Of a DNA stretch of 64,000 nucleotides, positions 34,950-50,196 are shown in pieces (positions within the stretch are counted from its first letter, which is position 1; every line of letters starts with the position of its first letter). This DNA is from Antedon mediterranea (taxonomy: Eukaryota > Animalia > Echinodermata), in assembly GCF_964355755.1 (NCBI RefSeq), contig NC_092679.1, positions 14,305,432 through 14,369,431 on the forward strand, in the 5' to 3' direction. The notes beneath the pieces are model-generated. The model searched no databases. It saw only the letters and a list, made by a program, of their open reading frames with translations, and was not told where the DNA came from. The position numbers and the translations under genes were made by a program.

Positions 34950-37900
34950 TTCTATCTATTATTGAGCGAAAAAAATACAAAAATGTCAAACCAATACTAA
35001 AACCAATAATAACAATTGAAAATGTCCAACACTACCTAGACCAAATAATCCAAAATAAATAAATAAATAAATAAATAAATAACAGTTGAAAATATCGAAC
35101 ACTGCCTAGGCCGGTAACTGCTAGGCCTACACCTACCTCCTTCCCGGTTAGAGTAGCTGGTTATGAAAGCAAGTCAATCAGGCATGAGTTGGCCTAGCTT
35201 TCAAACAACCAAAAATGCTCCTAAATATTTGTCTTTACGGAGTTAAACAGTAAAGTATAGCTCTAGTATTAGGTAATTGTTAGTATCTCTTACAGATAGT
35301 GTTACAATTTAGAAGGATTAAAGTGATTTTTAGAGATTTAAATTTAATACTTAACCAACTATGAAAACACACTGTTACCACAACCAAGAGCGCCCTCCTC
35401 CTAATGCGCCCTCCTCCTTAACGACAGAGAGACACCGCCCTCGATAGCTCAGTTGGTAGAGCGGAGGACTGTAGAGTTTAATAATTGGTATCCTTAGGTC
35501 GCTGGTTCAAATCCGGCTCGAGGGAACATTTTTATTCAATTTTTTCTTTATTTTTCATTGACAATGAATTTTAAAACGATGTTACAGTCTTGAGATAATT
35601 TACCCATTCTTGTTTATTTCAAATAAAATATTATAGGCCTAGACAAGAAATAAAATAATTTCCCACACCGGGAATCGAACCCGGGCCGCGGCGGTAAAAA
35701 ACGCCGAATCCTAACCACTAGACCATATGGGAAAACTTGAGAAACCCCTAAATTTAGGCGCAAATATTGGTGTTCGGGTTTTTCATGGAACACGATTCAT
35801 TATCAGTACATTTTATTGAAATAAACATTCAATAATAGGTTACGATCAACGAGAGAGAGACACCGCCCTCGATAGCTCAGTTGGTAGAGCGGAGGACTGT
35901 AGAGTTTAATAATTGGTATCCTTAGGTCGCTGGTTCAAATCCGGCTCGAGGGAACATTTTTATTCAATTTTTTCTTTATTTTTCATTGATAATGAATTTT
36001 AAAACGATTTTACAGTCTTGAGATAATTTACCCATTCTTGATTATTTCAAATAAAATATTATAGGCCTAGACAAGAAATAAAATAATTCCCCACACCGGG
36101 AATCGAACCCGGGCCGCGGCGGTGAAAACGCCGAATCCTAACCACTAGACCATATGGGAAAACTTGAGAAACCCCTAAATTTAGGCGCTAATATTGGTGT
36201 TCGGGTTTATCATGGAACACGATTCATTATCAGTACATTTTATTGAAATAAACATTCCATAATAGGTTACGATCAACGAGAGAGAGACACCGCCCTCGAT
36301 AGCTCAGTTGGTAGAGCGGAGGACTGTAGAGTTAAAAAATTGGTATCCTTAGGTCGCTGGTTCAAATCCGGCTCGAGGGAACATTTTTTATTCAAGTTTT
36401 TCTTTATTTTTCATTGATAATGAATTTTAAAACGATTTTACAGTCTCGAGATAATTTACCCATTCTTGTTTATTTCAAACAAAATCTAATAGACAAGGAA
36501 TAAAATAATTTCCCACACCGGGAATCGAACCCGGGCCGCGGCGGTGAGAGCGCCGAATCCTAACCACTAGACCATATGGGAAAACTTGAGAAACCCCTAA
36601 ATTTAAGCGCTAATATTGGTGTTCTAGTTTTTCATGGAACACGATTCATTATCAGTACATTTTATTGAAATAAACATTCCATAATAGGCTACGATTAACG
36701 ACAGAGAGACACCGCCCTCGATAGCTCAGTTGGTAGAGCGGAGGACTGTAGAGTTTAATAATTGGTATACTTAGGTCGCTGGTTCAAATCCGGCTCGAGG
36801 GAACATTTTTATTCAATTTTTTCTTTATTTTTCATTGACAATGAATTTTAAAACGATTTTAGAGTCTTGAGATAATTTACCCATTCTTGTTTATTTCAAA
36901 CAGAATCTAATAGACAAGGAATAAAATAATTTCCCACACCGGGAATCGAACCCGGGCCGCGGCGGTGAGAGCGCCGAATCCTAACCACTAGACCATATGG
37001 GAAAACTTGAGAAACCCCTAAATTTAAGCGCTAATATTGGTGTTCTAGTTTTTCATGGAACACGATTCATTATCAGTATATTTTATTGAAATAAACATTC
37101 CATAATAGGCTACGATTAACGACAGAGAGACACCGCCCTCGATAGCTCAGTTGGTAGAGCGGAGGACTGTAGAGTTTAATAATTGGTATCCTTAGGTCGC
37201 TGGTTCAAATCTGGCTGGAGGGAACATTTTTATTCAATTTTTTCTTTATTTTTCATTGACAATGAATTTTAAAACGATGTTACAGTCTTGAGATAATTTA
37301 CCCATTCTTGTTTATTTCAAATAAAATATTATAGGCCTAGACAAGAAATAAAATAATTTCCCACACCGGGAATCGAACCCGGGCCGCGGCGGTGAAAACG
37401 CCGAATCCTAACCACTAGACCATATGGGAAAACTTGAGAAACCCCTAAATGTAGGCGCTAATATTGGTGTTCGGGTTTTTCATGGAACACGATTCATTAT
37501 CAGTACATTTTCTTGAAATAAACATTCCATAATAGGTTACGATCAACGAGAGAGAGACGCCACCCTCGATAGCTCAGTTGGTAGAGCGGAGGACTGTAGA
37601 GTTAAAAAATTGGTATCCTTAGGTCGCTGGTTCAAATCCGGCTCGAGTGAACATTTTTTATTCAATTTTTTTCTTTATTTTTCATTGATAATGAATTTTA
37701 AAACGATTTTACAGTCTTGAGATTATTTACCCATTCTTGTTTATTTCAAACAAAATCTAATAGACAAGGAATAACATAATTTCCCACACCAGGAATCGAA
37801 CCCGGGCCGCGGCGGTGAGAGCGCCGAATCCTAACCACTAGACCATATGGGAAAACTGGAGAAACCCCTAAATTTAAGCGCTAATATTGGTGTTCGTGTT

Positions 37901-40900
37901 TTTCATGGAACACGATTCATTATCAGTACATTTTATTGAAATAAACATTCCATAATAGGTTACGATCAACGAGAGAGAGACACCGCCCTCGATAGCTCAG
38001 TTGGTAGAGCGGAGGACTGTAGATTTAAAAAATTGGTATCCTTAGGTCGCTGGTTCAAATCCGGCTCTAGGGAACATTTTTTATTCAATTTTTTCTTTAT
38101 TTTTTATTGATAATGAATTTTAAAACGATTTTACAGTCTTGAGATAATTTACCCATTCTTGTTTATTTCAAACAAAATCTAATAGAAAAGGAATAACATA
38201 ATTTCCCACACCGGGAATCGAACCCGGGCCGCGGCGGTGAGAGCGCCGAATCCTAACCACTAGACCATATAGGAAAACTTGAGAAACTCCTAAATTTAGG
38301 CGCTAATATTGGTGTTCGTGTTTTTCATGGAACACGATTCATTATCAGTACATTTTATTGAAATAAACATTCCATAATAGGTTACGATCAACGAGAGAGA
38401 GACATCGCCCTCGATAGCTCAGTTGGTAGAGCGGAGGACTGTAGAGTTAAAAAATTGGTATCCTTAGGTCGCTGGTTCAAATCCGGATCGAGGGAACATT
38501 TTTTATTCAATTTTTTCTTTATTTTTCATTGATAATGAATTTTAAAAAGATTTTACAGTCTTGAGATAATTTACCCATTCTTGTTTATTTCAAACAAAAT
38601 CTAATAGACAAGGAATAGAATAAATTCCCACACCGGGAATCGAACCCGGGCCGCGGCGGTGAGAGCGCCGAATCCTAACCACTAGACCATATGGGAAAAC
38701 TTGAGAAACCCCTAAATTTAGGCTCTAATATTGGTGTTCGGGTTTATCATGGAACACGATTCATTATCAGTACATTTTATTGAAATAAACATTCCATAAT
38801 AGGTTACGATCAACGAGAGAGAGACACCGCCCTCGATAGCTCAGTTGGTAGAACGGAGGACTGTAGAGTTTAATAATTGGTATCCTTAGGTCACTGGTTC
38901 AAATCCGGCTCGAGGGAAAGTTTTTTATTCAATTTTTTCTTTATTTTTCATTGATAATGAATTTTAAAACGATTTTACAGTCTCGAGATAATTTACCCAT
39001 TCTTGATTATTTCAAATAAAATATTATAGGCCTAGACAAGTAATAAAATAATTTCCCACACCGGGAATCGAACCCGGGCCGCGGCGGTGAAAACGCCGAA
39101 TCCTAACCACTAGACCATATGGGAAAACTTGAGAAACCCCTAAATTTAGGCGCTAATATTGGTGTTCGGGTTTTTCATGGAACACGATTCATTATAAGTA
39201 CATTTTATTGAAATAAACATTCAATAATAGGTTACGATCAACAAAAGAGAGACACCGCCCTCGATAGCTCAGTTGGTAGAGCGGAGGACTGTAGAGTTTA
39301 ATAATTGGTATCCTTAGGTCGCTGGTTCAAATCCGGCTCGAGGGAACATTTTTATTCAATTTTTTCTTTATTTTTCATTGATAATGAATTTTAAAACGAT
39401 TTTACAGTCTTGAGATAATTTACCCATTCTTGATTATTTCAAATAAAATATTATAGGACTAGACAAGAAATAAAATAATTTTCCACACCGGGAATCGAAC
39501 CCGGGCCGCGGTGGTGAAAACGCCGAATCCTAACCACTGGACCATATGGGAAAACTTGAGAAACCCCTAAATTTAAGCGCTAATATTGGTGTTCGTGTTT
39601 TTCATGGAACACAATTCATTATCAGTACATTTTATTGAAATAAACATTCCATAATAGGTTACGATCAACGAGAGAGAGAGACACCGCCCTCGATAGCTCA
39701 GTTGGTAGAGCGGAGGACTGTAGAGTTAAACAATGGTATCCTTAGGTCGCTGGTTCAAATCCGGCTCGAGGGAAAGTTTTTTATTCAATTTTTTCTTTAT
39801 TTTTCATTGATAATGAATTTTAAAACGATTTTACAGTCTCGAGATAATTTACCCATTCTTGATTATTTCAAATAAAATATTGTAGGCCTAGACAAGTAAT
39901 AAAATAATTTACCACACCGGGAATCAAACCCGGGCCGCGGAGGTGAAAACGCCGAATCCTAACCACTAGACCATATGGGAAAACTTGAGAAACCCCTAAA
40001 TTTAGGCGCTAATATTGGTGTTCGGGTTTTTCATTGATCACAATTCATTATCAGTACATTTTATTGAAATAAACATTCAATAATAGGTTACGATCAACAA
40101 AAGAGAGACACCGCCCTCGATAGCTCAGTTGGTAGAGCGGAGGACTGTAGAGTTTAATAATTGGTATCCTTAGGTCGCTGGTTCAAATCCGGCTCGAGGG
40201 AACATTTTTATTCAATTTTTTCTTTATTTTTCATTGATAATGAATTTTAAAACAATTTTACAGTCTTGAGATAATTTACCCATTCTTGATTATTTCAAAT
40301 AAAATATTATAGGACTAGACAAGAAATAAAATAATTTTCCACACCGGGAATCGAACCCGGGCCGCGGTGGTGAAAACGCCGAATCCTAACCACTGGACCA
40401 TATGGGAAAACTTGAGAAACCCCTAAATTTAAGCGCTAATATTGGTGTTCGTGTTTTTCATGGAACACAATTCATTATCAGTACATTTTATTGAAATAAA
40501 CATTCCATAATAGGTTACGATCAACGAGAGAGAGACACCGCCCTCGATAGCTCAGTTGGTAGAGCGGAGGACTGTAGAGTTAAACAATGGTATCCTTAGG
40601 TCGCTGGTTCAAATCCGGCTCGAGGGAAAGTTTTTTATTCAATTTTTTCTTTATTTTTCATTGATAATGAATTTTAAAACGATTTTACAGTCTCGAGATA
40701 ATTTACCCATTCTTGATTATTTCAAATAAAATATTGTAGGCCTAGACAAGTAATAAAATAATTTACCACACCGGGAATCAAACCCGGGCCGCGGCGGTGA
40801 AAACGCCGAATCCTAACCACTAGACCATATGTGAAAACTTGAGAAACCCCTAAATTTAAGCGCTAATATTGGTGTTCGGGTTTTTCATGGATCACAATTC

Positions 40901-43900
40901 ATTATCAGTACATTTTATTGAAATAAACATTCCATAATAGGTTACGATCAACGACAGAGAGACATCGCCCTCGATAGCTCAGTTGGTAGAGCGGAGGACT
41001 GTAGAGTTAAAAAATTGGTATCCTTAGGTCGCTGGTTCAAATCCGGCTCTAGGGAACATTTTTTATTCAATTTTTTTCTTTATTTGTCATTGATAATGAA
41101 TTTTAAAACGATTTTACAGTCTTGAGATAATTTACCCATTCTTGTTTATTTCAAACAAAATCTAATAGACAAGGAATAGAATAATTTCCCACACCGGGAA
41201 TCGAACCCGGGCCGCGGCGGTGAGAGCGCCGAATCCTAACCACTAGACCATATGGGAAAACTTGAGAAACCCCTAAATTTAGGCTCTAATATTGGTGTTC
41301 GGGTTTTTCATGGAACACGATTCATTATCAGTACATTTTATTGAAATAAACATTCCATAATAGGTTACGATCAACGAGAGAGAGACACCGCCCTCGATAG
41401 CTCAGTTGGTAGAGCGGAGGACTGTAGAGTTAAAAAATTGGTATCCTTAGGTCGCTGGTTTAAATCCGGCTCGAGAGAACATTTTTTATTCAATTTTTTC
41501 TTTATTTTTCATTGATAATGAATTTTAAAACGATTTTACAGTCTTGAGATAATTTACCCATTCTTGTTTATTTCAAACAAAATCTAATAGACAAGGAATA
41601 AAATAATTTCCCACACCGGGAATCGAACCCGGGCCGCGGCGGTGAGAGCGCCGAATCCTAACCACTAAACCATATGGGAAAACTTGAGAAACCCCTAAAT
41701 TTAAGCGCTAATATTGGTGTTCTAGTTTTTCATGGAACACGATTCATTATCAGTACATTTTATTGAAATAAACATTCCATAATAGGCTACGATTAACGAC
41801 AGAGAGACACCGCCCTCGATAGCTCAGTTGGTAGAGCGGAGGACTGTAGAGTTAAAAAATTGGTATCCTTAGGTCGCTGGTACAAATCCGGCTCGAGGGA
41901 ACATTTTTATTCAATTTTTTCTTTATTTTTCATTGATAATGAATTTTAAAACGATTTTACAGTCTTGAGATAATTTACCCATTCTTGATTATTTCAAATA
42001 AAATATTATAGGACTAGACAAGGAATAAAATAATTTCCCACACCGGGAATCGAACCCGGGCCGCGGCGGTGAGAGCGCCGAATCCTAACCACTAGACCAT
42101 ATGGGAAAACTTGAGAATCCCCTAAATTTAGGCGCTAATATTGGTGTTCGGGTTTTTCATGGAACACGATTCCTTATCAGTACATTTTCTTGAAATAAAC
42201 ATTCCATAATAGGTTACGATCAACGAGAGAGAGACGCCGCCCTCGATAGCTCAGTTGGTAGAGCGGAGGACTGTAGAGTTAAAAAATTGGTATCCTTAGG
42301 TCGCTGGTTCAAATCCGGCTCGAGGGAAATTTTTTTATTAAATTTTTTCTTTATTTTTCATTGATAATGAATTTTAAAAGGATTTTACAGTCTTGGGATT
42401 ATTTACCCATTCTTGTTTATTTCAAACAAAATCTAATAGACAAGGAATAAAATAATTTCCCACACCGGGAATCGAACCCGGGCCGCGGTGGTGAGAGCGC
42501 CAAATCCTAACCACTAGACCATATGGGAAAACTTGAGAACCCCTAAATTTAGGCGCTAATATTGGTGTTCGTGTTTATCATGGAACACGATTCATTATCA
42601 GTACATTTTATTGAAATAAACATTCCATAATAGGTTACGATCAACGAGAGAGAGACACCGCCCTCGATAGCTCAGTTGGTAGAACGGAGGACTGTAGAGT
42701 TTAATAATTGGTATCCTTAGGTCACTGGTTCAAATCCGGCTCGAGGGAAAGTTTTTTATTCAATTTTTTCTTTATTTTTCATTGATAATGAATTTTAAAA
42801 CGATTTTACAGTCTCGAGATAATTTACCCATTCTTGATTATTTCAAATAAAATATTATAGGCCTAGACAAGTAATAAAATAATTTCCCACACCGGGAATC
42901 GAACCCGGGCCGCGGCGGTGAAAACGCCGAATCCTAACCACTAGACCATATGGGAAAACTTGAGAAACCCCTAAATTTAGGCGCTAATATTGGTGTTCGG
43001 GTTTTTCATGGAACACGATTCATTATAAGTACATTTTATTGAAATAAACATTCAATAATAGGTTACGATCAACAAAAGAGAGACACCGCCCTCGATAGCT
43101 CAGTTGGTAGAGCGGAGGACTGTAGAGTTTAATAATTGGTATCCTTAGGTCGCTGGTTCAAATCCGGCTCGAGGGAACATTTTTATTCAATTTTTTCTTT
43201 ATTTTTCATTGATAATGAATTTTAAAACGATTTTACAGTCTTGAGATAATTTACCCATTCTTGTTTATTTCAAACAAAATCTAATAGACAAGGAATAAAA
43301 TAATTTCCCACACCGGGAATCGAACCCGGGCCGCGGCGGTGAAAACGCTGAATCCTAACCACTAGACCATATGGGAAAACTTGAGAAACCCCTAAATTTA
43401 GGCTCTAATATTGGTGTTCGGGTTTTTCATGGAACACGATTCATTATCAGTACATTTTATTGAAATAAACATTCCATAATAGGTTACGATCAACGAGAGA
43501 GAGACACCGCCCTCGATAGCTCAGTTGGTAGAGCGGAGGACTGTAGAGTTAAAAAATTGGTATCCTTAGGTCGCTGGTTTAAATCCGGCTCGAGAGAACA
43601 TTTTTTATTCAATTTTTTCTTTATTTTTCATTGATAATGAATTTTAAAACGATTTTACAGTCTTGAGATAATTTACCCATTCTTGTTTATTTCAAACAAA
43701 ATCTAATAGACAAGGAATAAAATAATTTCCCACACCGGGAATCGAACCCGGGCCGCGGCGGTGAGAGCGCCGAATCCTAACCACTAAACCATATGGGAAA
43801 ACTTGAGAAACCCCTAAATTTAAGCGCTAATATTGGTGTTCTAGTTTTTCATGGAACACGATTCATTATCAGTACATTTTATTGAAATAAACATTCCATA

Positions 43901-46900
43901 ATAGGCTACGATTAACGACAGAGAGACACCGCCCTCGATAGCTCAGTTGGTAGAGCGGAGGACTGTAGAGTTAAAAAATTGGTATCCTTAGGTCGCTGGT
44001 ACAAATCCGGCTCGAGGGAACATTTTTATTCAATTTTTTCTTTATTTTTCATTGATAATGAATTTTAAAACGATTTTACAGTCTTGAGATAATTTACCCA
44101 TTCTTGATTATTTCAAATAAAATATTATAGGACTAGACAAGGAATAAAATAATTTCCCACACCGGGAATCGAACCCGGGCCGCGGCGGTGAGAGCGCCGA
44201 ATCCTAACCACTAGACCATATGGGAAAACTTGAGAAACCCCTAAATTTAGGCGCTAATATTGGTGTTCGGGTTTTTCATGGAACACGATTCCTTATCAGT
44301 ACATTTTCTTGAAATAAACATTCCATAATAGGTTACGATCAACGAGAGAGAGACGCCGCCCTCGATAGCTCAGTTGGTAGAGCGGAGGACTGTAGAGTTA
44401 AAAAATTGGTATCCTTAGGTCGCTGGTTCAAATCCGGCTCGAGGGAACATTTTTTATTAAATTTTTTCTTTATTTTTCATTGATAATGAATTTTAAAAGG
44501 ATTTTACAGTCTTGAGATTATTTACCCATTCTTGTTTATTTCAAACAAAATCTAATAGACAAGGAATAAAATAATTTCCCACACCGGGAATCGAACCCGG
44601 GCCGCGGTGGTGAGAGCGCCAAATCCTAACCACTAGACCATATGGGAAAACTTGAGAAACCCCTAAATTTAGGCGCTAATATTGGTGTTCGTGTTTATCA
44701 TGGAACACGATTCATTATCAGTACATTTTATTGAAATAAACATTCCATAATAGGTTACGATCAACGAGAGAGAGACACCGCCCTCGATAGCTCAGTTGGT
44801 AGAACGGAGGACTGTAGAGTTTAATAATTGGTATCCTTAGGTCACTGGTTCAAATCCGGCTCGAGGGAAAGTTTTTTATTCAATTTTTTCTTTATTTTTC
44901 ATTGATAATGAATTTTAAAACGATTTTACAGTCTCGAGATAATTTACCCATTCTTGATTATTTCAAATAAAATATTATAGGCCTAGACAAGTAATAAAAT
45001 AATTTCCCACACCGGGAATCGAACCCGGGCCGCGGCGGTGAAAACGCCGAATCCTAACCACTAGACCATATGGGAAAACTTGAGAAACCCCTAAATTTAG
45101 GCGCTAATATTGGTGTTCGGGTTTTTCATGGAACACGATTCATTATAAGTACATTTTATTGAAATAAACATTCAATAATAGGTTACGATCAACAAAAGAG
45201 AGACACCGCCCTCGATAGCTCAGTTGGTAGAGCGGAGGACTGTAGAGTTTAATAATTGGTATCCTTAGGTCGCTGGTTCAAATCCGGCTCGAGGGAACAT
45301 TTTTATTCAATTTTTTCTTTATTTTTCATTGATAATGAATTTTAAAACGATTTTACAGTCTTGAGATAATTTACCCATTCTTGATTATTTCAAATAAAAT
45401 ATTATAGGACTAGACAAGAAATAAAATAATTTTCGACACCGGGAATCGAACCCGGGCCGCGGTGGTGAAAACGCCGAATCCTAACCACTGGACCATATGG
45501 GAAAACTTGAGAAACCCCTAAATTTAGGCGCTAATATTGGTGTTCGGGTTTTTCATGGATCACAATTCATTATCAGTACATTTTATTGAAATAAACATTC
45601 CATAATAGATTACGATCAACGAGAGAGAGACACCGCCCTCGATAGCTCAGTTGGTAGAGCGGAGGACTGTAGAGTTAAAAAATTGGTATCCTTAGGTCGC
45701 TGGTTCAAATCCGGCTCAAGGGAACATTTTTTATTCAATTTTTTCTTTATTTTTCATTGATATTAATAATGAATTTTAAAACGATTTTACAGTCTTGAGA
45801 TAATTTATCCATTCTTGTTTATTTCAAACAAAATCTAATAGACAAGGAATAAAATAATTTCCCACACCGGGAATCGAAACCGGGCCGCGGCGGTGAGAGT
45901 GCCGAATCCTAACCACTAGACCATGGGAAAACTTGAGAAACCCCTAAATTTAGGCGCTAATATTGGTGTTCGTGTTTTTCATGGAACACGATTCATTATC
46001 AGTACATTTTATTGAAATAAACATTCCATAATAGGTTACGATCAACGAGAGAGAGACATCGCCCTCGATAGCTCAGTTGGTAGAGCGGAGGACTGTAGAG
46101 TTAAAAAATTGGTATCCTTAGGTCACTGGTACAAATCCGGCTCGAGGGAACATTTTTTATTCAATTTTTTCTTTATTTTTCATTGATAATGAATTTTAAA
46201 ACGATTTTACAGTCTTGAGATAATTTACCCATTCTTGTTTATTTCAAACAAAATCTAATAGACAAGGAATAAAATTATTTCCCACACCGGGAATCGAACC
46301 CGGGCCGCGGCGGTGAGAGCGCCGAATCCTAACCACTAGACCATATGGGAAAACTTGAGAAACCCCTAAATTTAAGCGCTAATATTGGTGTTCGTGTTTT
46401 TCATGGAACACAATTCATTATCAGTACATTTTATTGAAATAAACATTCCATAATAGGTTACGATCAACGAGAGAGAGAGACACCGCCCTCGATAGCTCAG
46501 TTGGTAGAGCGGAGGACTGTAGAGTTAAACAATGGTATCCTTAGGTCGCTGGTTCAAATCCGGCTCGAGGGAACATTTTTTATTCAATTTTTTCTTTATT
46601 TTTCATTGATATTAATAATGAATTTTAAAACGATTTTACAGTCTTGAGATAATTTACCCATTCTTGATTATTTCAAATAAAATATTATAGGACTAGACAA
46701 GAAATAAAATAATTTTCGACACCGGGAATCGAACCCGGGCCGCGGTGGTGAAAACGCCGAATCCTAACCACTGGACCATATGGGAAAACTTGAGAAACCC
46801 CTAAATTTAAGCGCTAATATTGGTGTTCGTGTTTTTCATGGAACACAATTCATTATCAGTACATTTTATTGAAATAAACATTCCATAATAGGTTACGATC

Positions 46901-49294
46901 AACGAGAGAGAGAGACACCGCCCTCGATAGCTCAGTTGGTAGAGCGGAGGACTGTAGTGTTAAACAATGGTAAACTTAGGTCGCTGGTTGAAATCCGGCT
47001 CGAGGGAACATTTTTATTCAATTTTTTTTTTTATTTTTCATTGACAATGAATTTTAAAACGATTTTACAGTCTTGAGATAATTTACCCATTCTTGATTAT
47101 TTCAAATAAAATATTATAGGCCTAGACAAGTAATAAAATAATTTACCACACCGGGAATCGAACCCGGGCCGCGGCGGTGAAAACGCCGAATCCTAACCAC
47201 TAGACCATATGGGAAAACTTGAGAAACCCCTAAATTTAGGCGCTAATATTGGTGTTCGGGTTTTTCATGGATCACAATTCATTATCAGTACATTTTATTG
47301 AAATAAACATTCCATAATAGATTACGATCAACGAGAGAGAGACACCGCCCTCGATAGCTCAGTTGGTAGAGCGGAGGACTGTAGAGTTAAAAAATTGGTA
47401 TCCTTAGGTCGCTGGTTCAAATCCGGCTCAAGGGAACATTTTTTATTCAATTTTTTCTTTATTTTTCATTGATATTAATAATGAATTTTAAAACGATTTT
47501 ACAGTCTTGAGATAATTTATCCATTCTTGTTTATTTCAAACAAAATCTAATAGACAAGGAATAAAATAATTTCCCACACCGGGAATCGAAACCGGGCCGC
47601 GGCGGTGAGAGTGCCGAATCCTAACCACTAGACCATGGGAAAACTTGAGAAACCCCTAAATTTAGGCGCTAATATTGGTGTTCGTGTTTTTCATGGAACA
47701 CGATTCATTATCAGTACATTTTATTGAAATAAACATTCCATAATAGGTTACGATCAACGAGAGAGAGACATCGCCCTCGATAGCTCAGTTGGTAGAGCGG
47801 AGGACTGTAGAGTTAAAAAATTGGTATCCTTAGGTCACTGGTACAAATCCGGCTCGAGGGAACATTTTTTATTCAATTTTTTCTTTATTTTTCATTGATA
47901 ATGAATTTTAAAACGATTTTACAGTCTTGAGATAATTTACCCATTCTTGTTTATTTCAAACAAAATCTAATAGACAAGGAATAAAATTATTTCCCACACC
48001 GGGAATCGAACCCGGGCCGCGGCGGTGAGAGCGCCGAATCCTAACCACTAGACCATATGGGAAAACTTGAGAAACCCCTAAATTTAAGCGCTAATATTGG
48101 TGTTCGTGTTTTTCATGGAACACAATTCATTATCAGTACATTTTATTGAAATAAACATTCCATAATAGGTTACGATCAACGAGAGAGAGAGACACCGCCC
48201 TCGATAGCTCAGTTGGTAGAGCGGAGGACTGTAGAGTTAAACAATGGTATCCTTAGGTCGCTGGTTCAAATCCGGCTCGAGGGAACATTTTTTATTCAAT
48301 TTTTTCTTTATTTTTCATTAATATTAATAATGAATTTTAAAACGATTTTACAGTCTTGAGATAATTTACCCATTCTTTTTTATTTCAAACAAAATCTAAT
48401 AGACAAGGAATAAAATAATTTCCCACACCGGGAATCGAACCCGGGCCGCAGCGGTGAGAGCGCCGAATCCTAACCACTAGACCATATGGGAAAACTTGAG
48501 AAACCCCTAAATGTAGGCGCTAATATTGGTGTTCTAGTTTTTCATGGAACACGATTCATTATCAGTACATTTTATTGAAATAAACATTCCATAAGGCTAC
48601 GATTAACGAGAGAGAGATACTGCCCTCGATAGCTCAGTTGGTAGAGCGGAGGACTGTAGAGTTAAACAATGGTATCCTTAGGTCGCTGGTTCAAATCCGG
48701 CTCGAGGGAACATTTTTTATTCAATTTTTTCTTTATTTTTCATTGATATTAATAATGAATTTTAAAACGATTTTACAGTCTTGAGATAGTTTACCCATTC
48801 TTGTTTATTTCAAACAAAATCTAATAGACAAGGAATAAAATAATTTCCCACACCGGGTATCGAACCCGGGCCGCAGTGGTGAGAGCGCCGAATCCTAACC
48901 ACTAGACCATATGGGAAAACTTGAGAATCCCCTAAATGTAGGCGCTAATATTGGTGTTCTAGTTTTTCATGGAACACGATTCATTATCAGTACATTTTAT
49001 TGAAATAAACATTCCATAATAGGCTACGATTAACGAGAGAGAGACACTGCCCTCGATAGCTCAGTTGGTAGAGCGGAGGACTGTAGAGTTTAATAACTGG
49101 TATCCTTAGGTCGCTGGTTCAAATCCGGCTCGAGGGAACATTTTTATTCAATTTTTTTTTTTATTTTTCATTGACAATGAATTTTAAAACGATTTTACAG
49201 TCTTGAGATAATTTACCCATTCTTGTTTATTTCAAACAAAATCTAATAGACAAGGAATAAAATAATTTCCCACACCGGGTATCGAACCCGGGCC

Positions 49295-50196
49295 GCGATT
49301 TTTTTTTTTCGTACATAAGTTGGGGACCCCCTCATGAAACGTCACAAAATAAACATGAATAATTCATCAGTTAAATTTTCTTGTTCCGTGTGCACCCAAG
49401 CGTATAGCAACAAGAAGTGATTACAGTAGTTTACACAAGTGCGGTACGATTCTAGGCCTATCTCCGCTGTGGTTGCCGCGTGCGATTTCATAATAGAATA
49501 GCGGCGTTTTGTGTGGATTGTCGAAATAATCAGCCTTTAGTTTTATGGTGTGTTTAATATAATTTATTACTAAAGAATTACGTGTTAAAATTATAGTTTC
49601 TATTGATACTATTAGGCCTAAAAACTATTCTCTAAACCCATGTCTATTCTAGTAGTAGCTGTGTTGGTGTGTGTGACGTGTGTGTTAGAGTCAGCAAAAT
49701 TAAACAATAAACATTACACAAAAATACATTTTTTATTCTCGTGGGTCTAACCTTCCCATCTGATGTGTTCATATACGCGCAGTTCCTTTGATTACATGCA
49801 TATTGTTTGATAATAAAATAGCAGAATTTAAAAAATACAGTACACAAATTATACACATTCTTTATTCTTGTGGGTCTAAGCTTTCTTTGGGCTATGTCCA
49901 ATGAATTACTACTTAGTGTAATGTCTTGCCTAGCTGTCGATTAGCCTCGACTCGACACATTTTGCATAGTGGTGTGTGTGTGTATGAAGAAGAGTGCGCG
50001 AAGGCAATCACGTGAATTGACTTAGAATACTAGGCCTACTGTGTAGAAAGTATCGTATCGCAGTTGTGTAATCACTTCTTGTTGCTATACGCTTGGGTGC
50101 ACACGGAACAAGAAAATTTAACTGATGAATTATTCATGTTTATTTTGTGACGTTTCGTGAGGGGGTCCCCAACTTATGTACGAAAAAAAAAATCGC
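49295..50196. mobile_element. Non-autonomous long-TIR element (MULE-like MITE) disrupting a tRNA-Glu(CTC)
   Basis: ~130-bp near-perfect TIRs (GCGATT...GTGATTACA); 9-bp TSD ACCCGGGCC at 49286-49294 and 50197-50205; no transposase ORF. Confidence 0.93.

Larger units (their letters stand above)
31105..35417 (-). mobile_element. Full-length CR1-type retrotransposon, copy 2 (from the duplication)
   Basis: Identical ORF translations, same TSD TTAAC and same flanks as copy 1. Confidence 0.93.
19534..39242. repeat. Near-identical 9,845-bp tandem duplication (13 array units plus one CR1)
   Basis: Private variants and both LINE ORFs recur at +9845; breakpoints fall in ATAATAGGTTACGATCAAC at about 19534-19552, 29379-29397 and 39224-39242. 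Confidence 0.95.

Noticed and set aside
21260-35417. Two CR1 copies at the same site as proof of site-specific integration
   Set aside because: Flanking private variants are duplicated too; this is one insertion copied by the 9,845-bp duplication
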